Below, one piece after another: positions 39,409-53,500 of a stretch of 64,000 nt of DNA. The stretch's first letter is position 1. Each line of letters opens with the position of its first letter. Position numbers and translations under genes: made by a program. The notes under the pieces are model-generated. The model had not been told where the DNA came from. It did no database searches and saw only the letters and a program-made list of their open reading frames with translations. This stretch comes from Eledone cirrhosa (Eukaryota): contig OZ024740.1 in the NCBI GenBank assembly GCA_964016885.1, positions 353,276,001 to 353,340,000 of the forward strand. Reading direction: 5' to 3'.

Positions 39409-40440
39409 AAGTTTCTAAACTAACCAACACTCCGATAGTTTATATAGAATGTTGTTTGCTTCTCATTGAATTGGAAGATATTATATGCAACTTGTTCTTT
39501 ACAATAGATTGATGTTTTAGAACCCATTATTGGTTCTTTGCAGTGTATATGCATCCTGCATATCCTTGCACATATTACATCAATAAAAGTATTAATATTG
39601 CTTTACAAGTACTTGCGAGACCATGTTTTCTGTTTTTTTAATTACTACACACACACATTCCATATTTTGGCATGGTTCCTATGGCTAGATACCCTTCATA
39701 ATGCCAACCACTTTACAGAGTATACTGGGTACATTTTCTCCTGGCACCAATTATTTTATCGTGTTTTGTCTGTGGCATTAGTAATCCATTAAACCCATGC
39801 CAGCATGGAAAACAAACATATGATGGTGATATGTATATCAACCCGTAGACATGAATAAGAAACTATTTAGTAAAGGTTATTTCTTTACAAATTAGAAAAT
39901 TGTTCTGAAACTGTAGATGAAGGTTTTCCTTTTTGACCACTTCTGTTGATAGATGCCATTATCATATGCATACACTTATCAGTATCAGTGACACATTCCA
40001 AACATTCTAGTATTACATGAATATATTTTAAGTCCTGATTTGAGATGACCAATGAAGGTGTACAGAAAGACATTTTAACAGGTGTTTGGTTTAGCTTTAC
40101 TTATGATTTATAATTATATCCTTTTCGTTACCAACCTGGCCTTTGCTCTATGAAAAAAAAAAACCCCACCCATTTTAAAAGATCCTTATTTAAATCAAAA
40201 TCTTCCATAATTTTATATAAAAACCATTTAAGCTACTATTTCAGAAATGAAACAATTTTAATAAATCCCTTAAAATTCTTCATTGATTAACTGAAATAGA
40301 GTGTATTTCATTAGAATTATGGTAATGAAAGGGTTAGTCTATCTCAACCACATATACACAGGTATAATTTTCAAATTGTACTATTTTAAGGTCTTTGTTT
40401 TGGTATAAATTGTGTTTATTATGAGTTACATTCATATTTC

Positions 40441-40612
40441 TTTTGAAAGTAGCACAATTCCTTTCCTTTATTCAGTATTCTGAAGACAATTTTTGAAAGT
40501 AGACACAATGTAGCACAATTCCTTTCCTTTATTCAGTATTCTGAAGACAATTTTTGAAAGTAGACACAATGTAGCACAATTCCTTTCCTTTATTCAGTAT
40601 TCTGAAGACAAT
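40441..40612. repeat. Tandem repeat, ~61-bp unit, about 2.7 copies
   Basis: TAGCACAATTCCTTTCCTTTATTCAGTATTCTGAAGACAAT occurs three times. Confidence 0.9.
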
Positions 40613-41379
40613 TCTAAATTGGAAAACAGATCAAAAGGTGTGCACCATAAATATTTCATGATAATCATCAATGCATTAGAGATTCAGTTACTACCCTTTT
40701 TTTTATCATTAGCACTCTTTTCAATATATTGGCAATACAACCTGATAGCATTGTTGAATATAGCCAAACCAATACCACGTTTGACTAAATAGTACAGCAC
40801 TGAAACACTAATTATCTGATAGCAACTCACACATCCAGTGAGCTTGCCAAAAAACCACACATGCACAATGTATCAAGCTCCCCTCAGCACACTTTTTCTC
40901 CCTAATGTGATTGATTACTTTACAATGGGGAAAAAATAAACTAGATACCTAATAGCATCTGATAATGTCAAAGTATTAGCTGTAATCATCTTCAAATCAT
41001 ATTTTGGTTTACACAATAAGACACCACCATATCGATACCACTTGTGGAAGACCAATGGTATTTGACTGTGTTGTAACACAGAGTTTAGTACTTGTCCTAA
41101 TATAAAATATTCTTGATAGTTACAGGTTAAAACATCAGATTTACACAGATGATACATTTTTATATGACACAACACATGTCTTAAGATCATTTTTCCTGCT
41201 AAAGCAGTGGTTAGCAGGTATCTATTCTAAACTGGATATTATCGTTTTACCTGATAGCAAGGGTTGGACGGGTCTATATTGGCCAAGTCAGTTCTGAAGT
41301 AGGGCAATGACCTCTCAGACAGGCTATGTGTCTGTTCTTGCTTATGTATGGTCTTACATTCTACCGAGTGCACAGGAGA

Positions 41380-41800
41380 GAGTGTCATGTCTTTGACACA
41401 ACTGAAGGGTCATTCCAACCCTTTGTTTGGCAAGTTTTCTACAGCTAGATACACTTCCTATCACTTTGCAGCATGTACTGGGTGCGTTTATTGTGTAGAT
41501 CACCAGGACTAGGAAGGCAATCATTTCCTTGAAACAATTCAAGGGATTTCTTAACCCTTTGTTTGGCAAGCTCTCTACCGATGAATGCTTTTCCTATCAC
41601 CAACCACTATACAGCATGTACTGTGTGCATTTATCATATAGATCACCAACACTAGCGAGCCTGTCATGTCCTTGACACGAATGAAGGGTCTTCCCAATTC
41701 TTTGTTTGGCAAGCTTTCTACAGGTGGATGCCCTTCCTATCACCAACTACTTTACCGAATGTACTGAGTGTGTTTATTGCGTAGATCACCAACACACACA
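41380..41800. repeat. Diverged ~140-bp tandem repeat (3 units) containing the RTE 3'UTR motif
   Basis: CTTTGTTTGGCAAG..TCTAC...TTCCTATCAC...ATGTACTG.GTG..TTTAT...TAGATCACCA is repeated. One unit retains GGATGCCCTTCCT..CACCAAC. Confidence 0.7.
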
Positions 41801-44800
41801 CACTGTATATCTATGTGCATCATCATCACTGTTTAACTTCCATTTTTCTATGCTAGCATGAGTTAGGCGATTATAAATATATATGTGTGTATACAGCAAG
41901 CCAAAAGTCAGAGATGAGAGTACTGACTTACGTTGGAATATATGATAAATAATGAAATGAGTTGGAAATGGGACAAAACACGAACGGGGCAGTACAAAAA
42001 TGGGGAAATGTAACAAACACAACAAAGAAAAAATCGTATATTCAATCTACTCCTCTAAATCAACGAGTTTTCGATATCTTATAGTCCTATCACAATACTT
42101 CCAAATTAACAAGGAGTCGTTGGGGAGAGATAATTATGTGCAGATGACGCACAAATTTTGACGAACATACTGAAACAGCTTTAAAACAATTCATTGCAAG
42201 ACTCGTATATTTGTTACACATACACATAACCGTGAATATGGTTTTACGTCTCCTATACCCACTATATACATTTATACTTATTTACTGTCACCATATACCA
42301 TATTCTGGACTGCAACAATTTGAAATTAAGCACAAATAGAACCTGTTTTAGTCAGGTTGAATACAATACAAATATCTATAACAAAAACACTCTCACTCAC
42401 GACAAACTGTTTAGCAATATTTGATAGGTACATAAAATTACATCGAGTATATCCATAAGCCTATATGGGATCATGACCTTTCTGAGTGAAGAAAATGGAT
42501 TATTGCAATTCTGACTAGAATCAATAAAACACAATTGAAAAAGTTCCAAATTATTTAGTATATTTATGCTTGTTTTGTTAAATAACTATGTAGATTTGAA
42601 CATGTTAGACCAGCCATAATTTAAATTCACTAATTATCATTCTATTTTCGAATAAAATTTAAAAAATACACTATCGTCAAGATATTTGTGCCAAAATATT
42701 AGAAGGATCTATTCAGTTTAACTCCCGCGATCTTTCTTTTTTCTATACCAACAACAACTCACACTTTGCTGGAAATCTTTGCAGAGTATGAACTTGTTAT
42801 ATCGTAATATATTAATAACACATTTTAACTGATAATGATGATTATATCTTAGCCGATTGTCAATGAATATACATTTGTTTACCAATTGCACAATTAATTT
42901 TATCATTTTTTTAGATAATATATATATTGAAATTTTTTTTAAATAAACAAACATTATAGAGAAATACATATTTATCAGAATTGTACGGTGGCGAACGCTG
43001 ATATAAAGATATACTTAATATGGAGGACGTGTATTGTATAGTTTATATCCATTTTATTTGCAAAGCTTTCGTTATTTGATGATAATAATTTTGTTAATGG
43101 TGACAATCAAGGGGCTCAGTAGACTATTGATCTATTGTTTGTATATAAATCGGCGATTTATATACATGTATGTGTGTGGATATATAAATACGTATATATA
43201 TATATATATGTGTGTGTGTGTTTCTATGTATATACAAGTTTATTTATATATATATTTATATATATATAGATATATAGATATATATGTATTTGGTCGCATT
43301 AATCCTTGTGTCACACTTTAACTTTTCACACCAGAGTGCTTTGTACTTGCCTCAAACTATTCGATTAGTATCTGCTACACTGCCACGACATATATATATA
43401 TATATATATATAGGAAAAGAGTCAGGACCCCGACGGCTGAGCTCCGAACTAGCTAGATCGGATCTAGCTGTCGGGGTCCTGGCGCTTTTCCTATACTACC
43501 CTAAGTATCGAGTACTCTGGTGCGTTATGATCCACCTGGTATCTTATCACACCTTCTTTGTTGTTTTATATTTATATATAGAGAGTGTGTGTGTGTATCT
43601 ATTCAAACATAAGGGGAAAGCACTCAATACATAAAATAGAATTGATAATTATTTCTACTTTTGGCACAAGGCCAGCAATTTGAAGGGGGGGGGGGGAGTC
43701 GATTAAATCGAACCTAGTTCGTCACTGGTACTTTATTTTATCGACCATGTAAGGATGAAAGGCAAAGCTAACCGCGGCGAGATTTGAACTCAGAACGTAA
43801 AGGGCCGTAACAAATACTGCAATGCATCTCAACCGACACAATAATACTAACAATAAAGAAACTAAGTTTTTTACAGTTGTTTATTCGGTGTCTGGCGTAG
43901 TCGTTTATGCAGAACAACATTAATTTCTGAAGGGCGGTGGATCTCCCAGATCCACCATCATATTTTTCTCCCGAAACTACTAAAACACACATCTATTTTT
44001 ATATGCGGTAGAATTTATGTACATGTTATGTTTATTTCATATCGAAGTTGTTTTTATATCTTAGTTGATATTTGATAATTACAGCTAAACTAATCCCAAC
44101 AACTAAATTGACCAATTTTTGTACCTCCAACTTCAGAAATGCTTCCACCGCCCATGTTCCTTACGAAGATATAACAATGCTTTGTTTGACTAAGCAGCAA
44201 TGTGAAATTCAGAATAAACAACTGGTAAAACCTCATGTGTGAGGAACCTAAAGTTTTTTTTAAAAAATGTAAAAACGTCTGAATTCTAGACATATCTTCT
44301 AAGACGACGAGTCTTAAACAAGCGACATAACTTGTATGCCTTCACTAAAACTAGAGGTCAAAACATTGGGTAGTTTTCACGAAGAAACAATAAACTTTCA
44401 ACAACTATAACTTGACACTATATCAACTTAATGTGAATTGTTCATGTAGTATTTAACATTCCCTTATATGACTAACATACTAAATAACTAAAACGCCACC
44501 ATATGGGTTAAACCAGAGGAAATAAGTCAGGAAACTGCTAAATGATCAACTTTAACAATTAGAACTTAGGACAGTCAACTTACCCTTTTCGTAGGTCATT
44601 TACTGTTTGATATACAGTGTTTCCAGAACGTTCGTTCACAAAATCTTTACCTTGCAACATCACCATATTAATTAACGCAGACCTAACTAATCTACAATAG
44701 CCTCTGTTTCGTATGTCTACCTTCGCACTTCTACAGTAATATTTCTTAATTACAATTTTATGTTTTTTGTCTATACTAATTATTTCTTAAATTATAATTA

Positions 44801-47119
44801 ACAATAATATAATAAATGCCTGTGTTTTTATTGGCAGGATAACCCTCCCAAAATACATCAGTATATATATATACACGCACATATGTATATACTATATACA
44901 TGCGTGTCTATTAACCGTGTGTTTGAATTTACAAACATAAGGAAGATAGAGAATAATTAATATTTATTATTTTACTGAGATTTGCCTTTCATCCTTACGG
45001 GGTCGATAAAATAAAGTACCAGTAATGCACTTATGATTGCTGGCCTTGTGCCAAAAGTAGAAACAATTATTTTACTGAGATTACTTTCCCTTGCGAGTTT
45101 CGTGATTGCTCGTTGATTCTGTAACCAGAAGCGGTGTTACAAAATATACGCTGGGCAGTCTTTGTGGGGGAAGACATGAAGAAACTATAATTACTATAGT
45201 ATTTGTAATTTTAAATGAGAATATAACAGTTCAAAGAAAGAATGACGATTTCAAAGTAGGTACATATAAAATCAAAGTGAGGAATGTGTGGTTTCTAAAA
45301 TCGTTGCACGAATGTATTTTTTAGGTACAATGCAACATCGAATCATTTAAGAGTTATGCTGCTTATTCTTTGAACAGTAATTTTGTAATGCCTAGACAAA
45401 CAGCATCAAGTGAACATGTTCTTAGCTCATAGATTGTTATGGCCGTGAGCAAGTACCATTGTTGAAAATACGGCTATATAGGTGCTACAACCACATTAAT
45501 TTTTTTTTGTCTCGTTACTGGGCTGATAAACCCTCACAATTAAGCAGGCAAGATTTTAGCGGGGTAAAGACGACTGTCTGTTTAGTTCGTTTGTAGTGGT
45601 TGTAGGTCTAAGCTGTTGCTGTCTGAAAGCTATCCCGTTACTTCTGACCTAGCTAGGAGTGAGAGAGAGAGAGAGCTATCAAGTGATACTCTACAAAAAC
45701 ATGTTTCATACACACACGTGTTTGTGTGTCAAAACAAGTGGAAATATATGTGACTATGAATGTAAACATACAATCTATATATAAATTTCTGCGATTCTGT
45801 CACAACACGTAATGAGAGAGGAGTAGTTTGACTACCTCATACTACTCCTCTCTCTTTACGTCTGCTACATGTGTGAATGTGCGTGTAAACGGAAAGGAGG
45901 GGTGGTGAGAAAACTATGGCAAAATAGCGGCTGTGTATGTGTTTGTATGGATGTATGTCTGAGTGTGAATTTTTGTAAGTGTGTCTGTGTTTGCACGTTT
46001 ATATTTATATACACATACATATAAATGTATGCATATGCACATACATATACACATACGCGTTAGCGTGTTGAAAAAAATCCTAGTACATGAATTACTTGCA
46101 AGAGACAGAATGGTACAATGAAGGTGGTGAAACCCCCCCCCCCCCAAAACACCATAACTGTTTTTGTTTTTTTTTGTTTTGTTTTTAATAGAGTTCATTA
46201 CAGGTCTTGTGTGCGTGTGTTCTCTGAATGAGTGTCTGCTATCGCCACGATGGATTCTTTAAGTCTGGTTGTTGCTGCTGTTGTGAGAACGTCGATCGAC
46301 CAATAGCCTGTTATTTTTTACGAAAGTTTGTTTCCGTTTTATATCTTTTCTGTTTGTCTAGATTAGCAGAAATTCTTCGTGTTCGTAAACTGTTTTGAAT
46401 GCTACGTTTTTTAGCGTGAGTGAAGGTTTTTTTTGTTTTTTTTTTTTACTGTTTTTTTTTTGCATGTTTTTTTCCTAACGTAGGGTCACCAATTTTCCGG
46501 GGTTAGTAATTTATTGTTTGTTGTTACCGACGTTGTCACAGTGAAATCTATGTTTTGCCTGTTATCAGAAGATTGCATTCGAAAGTCGGGGTCACCAATT
46601 TTAGCGGGTGTACGAAAGCCAAACTCGCTACCTCTAGTTCGGAAACCGGAGCAAACATCAATCTAAGTAATCAATTATTGATTACCAACTATCGATTTTG
46701 ATAAAGCTACCGAGTATGCGAACTAATAATCAGAGAAATCGTCTTTAGATATGTTTTACATCTGTCGGTATTTGAGAGCTAGTTAAAATAACATCGCAAG
46801 GTGTAAAAAAAAAGTTTCAACTGTCAGAGCAGATACAAATAGGATTGGACGTCGTAACCGCTAAAAGAGGTGCGAAATACTAGTCACAGTTTAAGGAACT
46901 GAACAAAATAAGAATTTGGAGCAGTTATATATGATGTTAAGGTATCATAACCGAACTATGAAACGGAAAATAATGGATTTTTCCACCTTAAAGTATATAC
47001 TTTTTCCGGAATATTATGTGCTTTATATATGTGTACAAAATACTGTGTTTCTCAAACGACATGTGGCTCTTTCACTATACATATATCTTTTAATGTAAAT
47101 TATAAATATATATATATAT

Positions 47120-47316
47120 ATAACGAAGGAAATGTGGTAAGGAACCAGGTGGACCACAACGCACCAAAGTACTCAATACTTAGGGTAGTAGAGTGGGTAA
47201 TAGGAACGAGTAGGACCCCGACGGCTGAGCTCAAGCCGTTTCGACGGCTAATTCTAGTCCAGAATTAGCAGTCGAAACGGCTTGAGCTCAGCCGTCGGGG
47301 TCCTACTCGTTCCTAT
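47120..47316. repeat. Fold-back module in (TA)n; same family at 43410-43570 (fold-back, opposite orientation) and 8791-8828 (fragment)
   Basis: Arms ATAGGAACGAGTAGGACCCCGACGGCTGAGCTCAAGCCGTTTCGAC and their reverse complement, plus a one-sided tail shared with 43495-43560. Confidence 0.85.
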
Positions 47317-47415
47317 ATATATATATATTACTGTTCTTAATGAAAATAAAAATGAAAAATAAAATTTATATTAGTGGAGCTGACTTTAAGTCTTAATAGT
47401 GACTACCTGTACCAC

Positions 47416-49438
47416 TGTAGCAGGAGTTGCCTCCCTTGTTGTGACACTCACATCACCAATAGATTAACGCTCTCTAGACAGGAAGTAGAACCCTTTCTGT
47501 AACTACCGGTCAGACCCTATAAAACGAATAACTTTCAGCTCCCTATCTCTCATTTGCCCTTTCGGCCAGGCGTCTTCTGCCAGGCGCGTTCGCCTGGCAA
47601 CCAAAACGGTAACTAATAACTTTGCTTCATTCTTTCATCTATTCATTGACATGTCAACTATACTGTTCTATATATCCACAAATTGTTAATTAAATATTAT
47701 ACACACAAATCACGTCTCTTGCTATATTCATACACACTAGGATTTTGTTATAAGTGGTGACCCCGAAAAAAGAAAAAAATAGCAGAATCTGGTGTTGTGT
47801 GAGTAACATTACGAATACGCAGCAAATTTTATTGACAAACTAGGAAAATACGCAGACACAGAAACGAACACACGCACATGTGAAATTCTCGTTCAGACAG
47901 ACTCTTTTTCTCTCACGCATCAACTAACTGTCGCATTTCACTGTATATATATATATGTTTTTCTTTTCTTTCTTACAACGAACATTTTAAAAACAAAAAA
48001 AAAAAAAGAAATTTGATTTTTTTTTTTTAAACATTTCAACATGAACATTTATTTTCGATGAATCTCAACTATTGCTTTTTTTCATCGTTTTCTTCATCGT
48101 TCAAGTTTTTTTCAAAGTTCACAAAAAAAAAAAAAAATTGAACTTGCCATATTTGTTATACTAAGTGAAGCCTTTCTTTCTTTTTCATCATTGTCACTTT
48201 CACACACATTTTTTTCAAAATGGCTTCCAACGACCTGTTGCACTATCATTTTCGCGCCATTTTCTCGCGCAATAGAAATTTTTTTTTTTTCAACTTAACC
48301 TTGTTTTGGCACGTGTAGGCAGCAGAATTCTCGCCTCACGGAGATAGCCACACGCCATGAGATAACGTTTCTCGCCAAGGATTCTCTAGCCTTAAGCTAT
48401 ATTCTCCTATTTGCCGGTTTAAAAATTTACCACGTAAATTTGCCGTTGAAAACTGTGCATTTATTCAGAATGCTTATTTCTTTGGTCGCTGGCCTCTTGA
48501 CCCTTCCAGGTCAACGCACTCTCAACATCGACCATCAACTTCGGCTGTTATTTCTAGCACTTTGCGCAACTCATTTTTTCTGAAAAAATTTTTTACTGTG
48601 AATTTAAACATCGAATCCGCTCACCCCGCGAGACAACAACATCAACAGCAACACAGCTTCATCAACAACCAAAACCAGCAGAACAAGCCAGAGAATTTAT
48701 TTTTGCAGCACTCTTCCTGTGAGAAAATCCATTCGGAGGTTGGAAATTTCACGTTATACCACAGAACAGAAACCACCTGCATTCATTCTCTGGAACACAC
48801 TTTCTTTCCTGCTGTCATGTGATTGCACACCTGTGAACTGTATTTTGAACATTTGAACTTTGAGCTCTTCTCTTACTTTGATTGCATTGTATCTTTGGGT
48901 GATGGATAGATAGATGTCCAGTCGTTCTCTGGCCAAGAGCGGTTGGCTACCTTGATATCTATCATTGATTATTGCAAACATTAGTTTTTTCGTAATTTTC
49001 ATGCCAGTTACAACATTCTCGCCAACTTACTTACTACATACATATTTCATTCGATTTTTATATTTTAAAAATCTGGCGGGAGATAATATAGCAGGAGTTG
49101 CCTCCCTTGTTGTGACACTCACATCACCAATAGATTAACGCTCTCTAGACAGGAAGTAGAACCATTTCTGTAAGTTCCGGTCAGACCCTATAAAACGAAT
49201 AACTTTCAGCTCGCTATCTCTCATTTGCCCTTTCGGCTCCTGGCCTTCGGCCAGGCGTCTTCTGCCAGGCGCGTTCGCCTGGCAACCAAAACGGTAACTA
49301 ATAACTTTGCTTCATTCTTTCATCTATTCATTGACATGTCAACTATACTGTTCTATATATCCACAAATTGTTAATTAAATATTATACACACAAACCACGT
49401 CTCCTTGTTATATTCATACACACTAGTATTTTGTTATA
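47416..49438 (+). mobile_element. Non-coding LTR retroelement, tRNA-Trp primed; LTRs 47416-47752 and 49087-49438
   Basis: Near-identical ~340-bp direct repeats, PBS TGGTGACCCCG at 47755, purine tract GGCGGGAGATAA before the 3' LTR, and a 4-bp TSD CCAC/CCTC. No long internal ORF. Confidence 0.9.
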
Positions 49439-49442
49439 CCTC

Positions 49443-51100
49443 GGATAACCTCCATAGCCAATGAGGGTTATCCGTGGCGTGATTATTGCTCTTCTCTTTT
49501 TTTGTTTTGTTTTATATCCTTCACTGTTATCGAACTTGCTGCTTAGAGTGCCCAGACACACACAACACTCGTCTCAACACCATGCGTGCACTCGCCCCTA
49601 GGCACAGTTTACAATCCTCCGTTTTAGCTCGCTCGCACCTCCTATTCCGTGCGGTCCAGGCATCTCTTCTCCTTACCCATATGGCGGAAGATTTGAGTTC
49701 TCGCACACCTGAACGCAATGCCCACCTCTCCTAAACCTTCCACACCACACCAACAGGTGCAAGAGAGGAAGGAACTGATCCAACAGCTTCTTACTCCTCT
49801 CTTGCGTCAAACTCACACGACGGATTCCTTGCACCGGTGGCACTGCCAACCATGCCTATCCACTCCGACACCACGGGCGCCCGACCCAACGGATACCTGA
49901 ACCCGCTCGACTCGGATGAGTGTCTGGTAGCGATCTCCCGCTTCAGTCAGTCGCGGAGAGTCATTACCAGGATCCCCAGGTCTGCCCGCACTCCCGTGGC
50001 CGAAGCGCTAGCGACTTCAATCGACCAAGCGGTCCACGAGACTGGACCAGACTGTTCAGTTTTGCTACTCTCGTACACGGAATTCCGTTGGTGGGGAACT
50101 CGACGGTGAGAGACAGATCTGGCCCCTCCCTGGCTTCGAGGCTCAAGGGCAATGTCGCTTCTTTCTACCAACCTTTCAGCACTCTCGTGCTGCCCACTAG
50201 TGCCAACACAAGACCCCCAATCCACCCACGACAGCACGAAATGTCTCCGGGACAGAGTCAATCTCAAGCTAATTGAGGGCGACATTTTGGCGGCTGTTGG
50301 TGTGCTGGCCTCAAGCGACGCTGTGCTCCGACCAACACCGGATGTTTTGACAGCGATCCACCTCAAACATCCGGACCTTCCTGCCGACATCAAGGACACT
50401 CCAGCCCCGGCCAGCAATTTCTCCCCGGCAGCGTCCAGCAAGGACGTGGTAGCTGCCCTAAGATCTTTTCATGATAGCAGCAGTAGTGGAGAAGACGGCT
50501 TGCGCCCCGTTCACCTCCGAGACCTCATCTAGTCTCACGCGGCGGAAGCAGAGGCCCGACTGCTCCAGTCATTAACAGGCCTCACCAACTGTCTCCTTCG
50601 CGCCAACTTGCCCAGCCATGCCCGCGATCTTTTCTTCTAAAAAATGACGGAGGCGTCCGCCCCATCGCGGTGGGTAACGTCTTCCGACGACTTGCAGCCA
50701 AGATAGCTCGCAAGCCTAGACCGCGGAGATGGCAAGTAACCCGACAGAACGACCCTCTTCCTTTTCGAAGAGGGTAGATCCCTCATCTGTGACGCCACCT
50801 GTTGCGACACATTCTCTGCCTTCAACTTATTCACTTCGGCTACAAACCCGGCATCGCGGCCTGCCTCGCAGAAGAACGTAAAATAAACAAATACCGGGGT
50901 TTGTCCAACCGTATGCTCTTCGCGTCGGTCGCCGTCGAGACCTCAGGCGTACTTGGACCCCGTACTGCCGAGCTCCTCCACAAGATCAGAGCGTCGGCGG
51001 CCCGTCTGAGGAGAGAGCCCCGCGAGGTGGCTGTTGCAGCGGGTGTCACTGGCCATCGTCCGCGGGAATGTTTTTGTCGCCTTGTCCGCGGGGCGAAGCA
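49443..51100 (+). mobile_element. CRE-clade non-LTR retrotransposon with a large internal RT deletion
   Basis: SSGEDGLRPVHLRDL (RT domain 0) and GVRPIAVGNVFRRLAAK-like (domains 1-2, frameshifted) are joined directly to the RLE motifs DGK*PD, CDATC, KINKY and AVETSGVLGP. Confidence 0.82.
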
Positions 51101-51537
51101 CTTCTGTCCTCTTACCTTAGGCCTAAAGCCCAATCGCCCTCCCCCTCCTCTCACTTCTTCGACACCAGAGCTCTTGCCATCCCCTTCCCGTTCTTTTCCT
51201 TCTTTCTTTTTCTCTTTTTTCTCTGTATTTCCCTATTCTTTCTTTCCTTTGGTTTCCCTTTTATTAATTATTGCCGTTGGCAATATCGATAGAGGGTCGG
51301 ACATCATGCTTTGCAGATAGAGTTACGGCCCTTTATGATCGAGTTCAAATCCCGCCGAGGTTAACTTTGCCTTTCATCCTTACGGGGGTCGATAAAATAA
51401 AGTACCAGTAATGCACTGGGATAATTGCTGGCCTTGTGCCAAAAGTAGAAACAATTATTGTTATTGTAAATAATATGGTTATACAGTTTTTATCATAAAT
51501 AAATTGGATATTTTCATATGATTAATTACTTCACGTA

Positions 51538-51631
<94 letters not shown>

Positions 51632-52043
51632 GATAAATCTACCAAGAGTTTACGGTAGTGTCCAATCCGTATGAAGAACTCAATGTATTCCGGATATCAT
51701 GGAAAGAAGAGATGTAATGAAAAATCACTTTCGGTGAAAGATAAACGGTATACAGAGTCAAGATTTGTTTAATATTTTATATATATATATATATATAAGC
51801 AAAGAGATATTTAATTTGTTGGTTATTCAACAAATTTATTTATAACAGATTCGAAGCACTCTACGATTTTTCTGGAGTATAATATCAATGATATTAATAA
51901 ATGGAAACTATATTTATAAAACCGTATTTATTTTATTATATATATTTCAAGGGTACCAAACCTTATCGGTTCAGTTTGAACCTGAACCTGAACCGATAAG
52001 GTCTGGTTTCTTGGGTATGTCAACATTCATAAAACAAATTTTA

Positions 52044-52104
52044 TATTTTATCTGATGAGAGCGTACCAAAATTTTGGTACCCTTGAAATATATATAATAA
52101 AATA
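52044..52104 (+). ncRNA. Canonical minimal hammerhead ribozyme in an inverted pLTR module (51797-52150); stem-II-deleted sister at ~57924-57972 in module 57771-58018
   Basis: UAUUUUAU-[CUGAUGA]-GAGcGUACCAAA au UUUGGUACcCUU-[GAAA]-UAUAUA-UA-AUAAAAUA, with a perfect 8-bp stem I. Confidence 0.9.
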
Positions 52105-52374
52105 AATATGGTTTTATGAATATAGTTTCCATTTATTAATATCATTGATATATATATATAAAAGGTAAACAGAAATAACAACACAATCGGTACAGTAAGA
52201 ATTAAAAAAATGCGAAGTAGTTTCATAATAAGGTTAGTTGGGGAATATTTGTCAGAACTGTATGTTGTTGATATTGGTTTGGGAGGGGAAGTGTGTGTGT
52301 GTGCGCGCGCGGAGGGTGGAGGGACATGCTAGCTTACATATTCACTTCCCTACATGTAAATGTACATACAAGCC

Positions 52375-52428
<54 letters not shown>

Positions 52429-52438
52429 CACATACATA

Positions 52439-53256
52439 CTAGCTGAGATACCCGGGAGCGGAGGTATTCCCAGTTCCCATTAAAATACCCAATGCCTCTC
52501 AGATAAAAAATGAAATCCAAATATAGGACAGATAATCAAAACCGAAGACAAATTCATTTACGAAACAATAATACAAACAAATATTGTTGATTGCATTGGT
52601 CAGACGAAAAAAATGTTTGTCAGAGAAGTTGAGTGTTGCTATAAGGGAAAAAATAGAACCCCCATTAGGGTGTCTTAATATTATTGACATTTGCGGAAAT
52701 GTTGTGAATAGGCATCACATCTTGTCATTTACCTATGGTTTAAATTTCATATAAATCGAAGGGAAAAAATTTTCAGCGGGGGTTTTGTGCCCCCGGGGAA
52801 CCCTTTGATTAAAATGAAATATACTTATCCAAGTACCCTGGGCAATGTAGTTTCAGAATATATATGGTTATGGGGATCTATCTCCAAAACCATAGGAGGA
52901 GTTCGTGAAATCTTGTTCCATTTATTGGCCAAAATGTTCACTACAGGGGGTTTAACCCCCATTAGAGTGTCTTAATATTATTGAAATTTGCTGAAATTTT
53001 GTGAATAGGCATCATATCTTGTCATTTACCTATGCTTTAAATTTCATATAAATCGAAGGGGAAAAAAAAATCAAGCGGGGGTTTTCAGCGGGGGTTTGAA
53101 CCCCCGGGGAACCCTTTGATTAAAATGAAATATACGTAAGAAATCAAATGGGTATGAGCCCCACACACGTGTCAAGTTTCATCAAGATCGGTTTGGTAGC
53201 TTTTGAGTTTTAGGTTCACAAACAAACAGACACAAATTGGCATTTATGTATATAGA
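52439..53256 (-). mobile_element. Non-autonomous Helitron-like element with an internal ~300-bp duplication
   Basis: The minus strand starts A|TCTATATAC... followed by a (GTTT)n-like run, and ends ...CCCGGGTATCTCAGCTAG|T with a subterminal hairpin. Internal repeats lie at ~52655-52830 and ~52953-53135. Confidence 0.65.
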
Positions 53257-53271
53257 TATACATACATATAA

Positions 53272-53392
<121 letters not shown>

Positions 53393-53400
53393 TGTGTATG

Positions 53401-53444
<44 letters not shown>

Positions 53445-53448
53445 TGTG

Positions 53449-53500
<52 letters not shown>

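Noticed and set aside
40441-41800. Repeat-spacer appearance suggestive of CRISPR
   Set aside because: The units are contiguous tandem duplications without unique spacers, there are no cas genes, and the context is eukaryotic.
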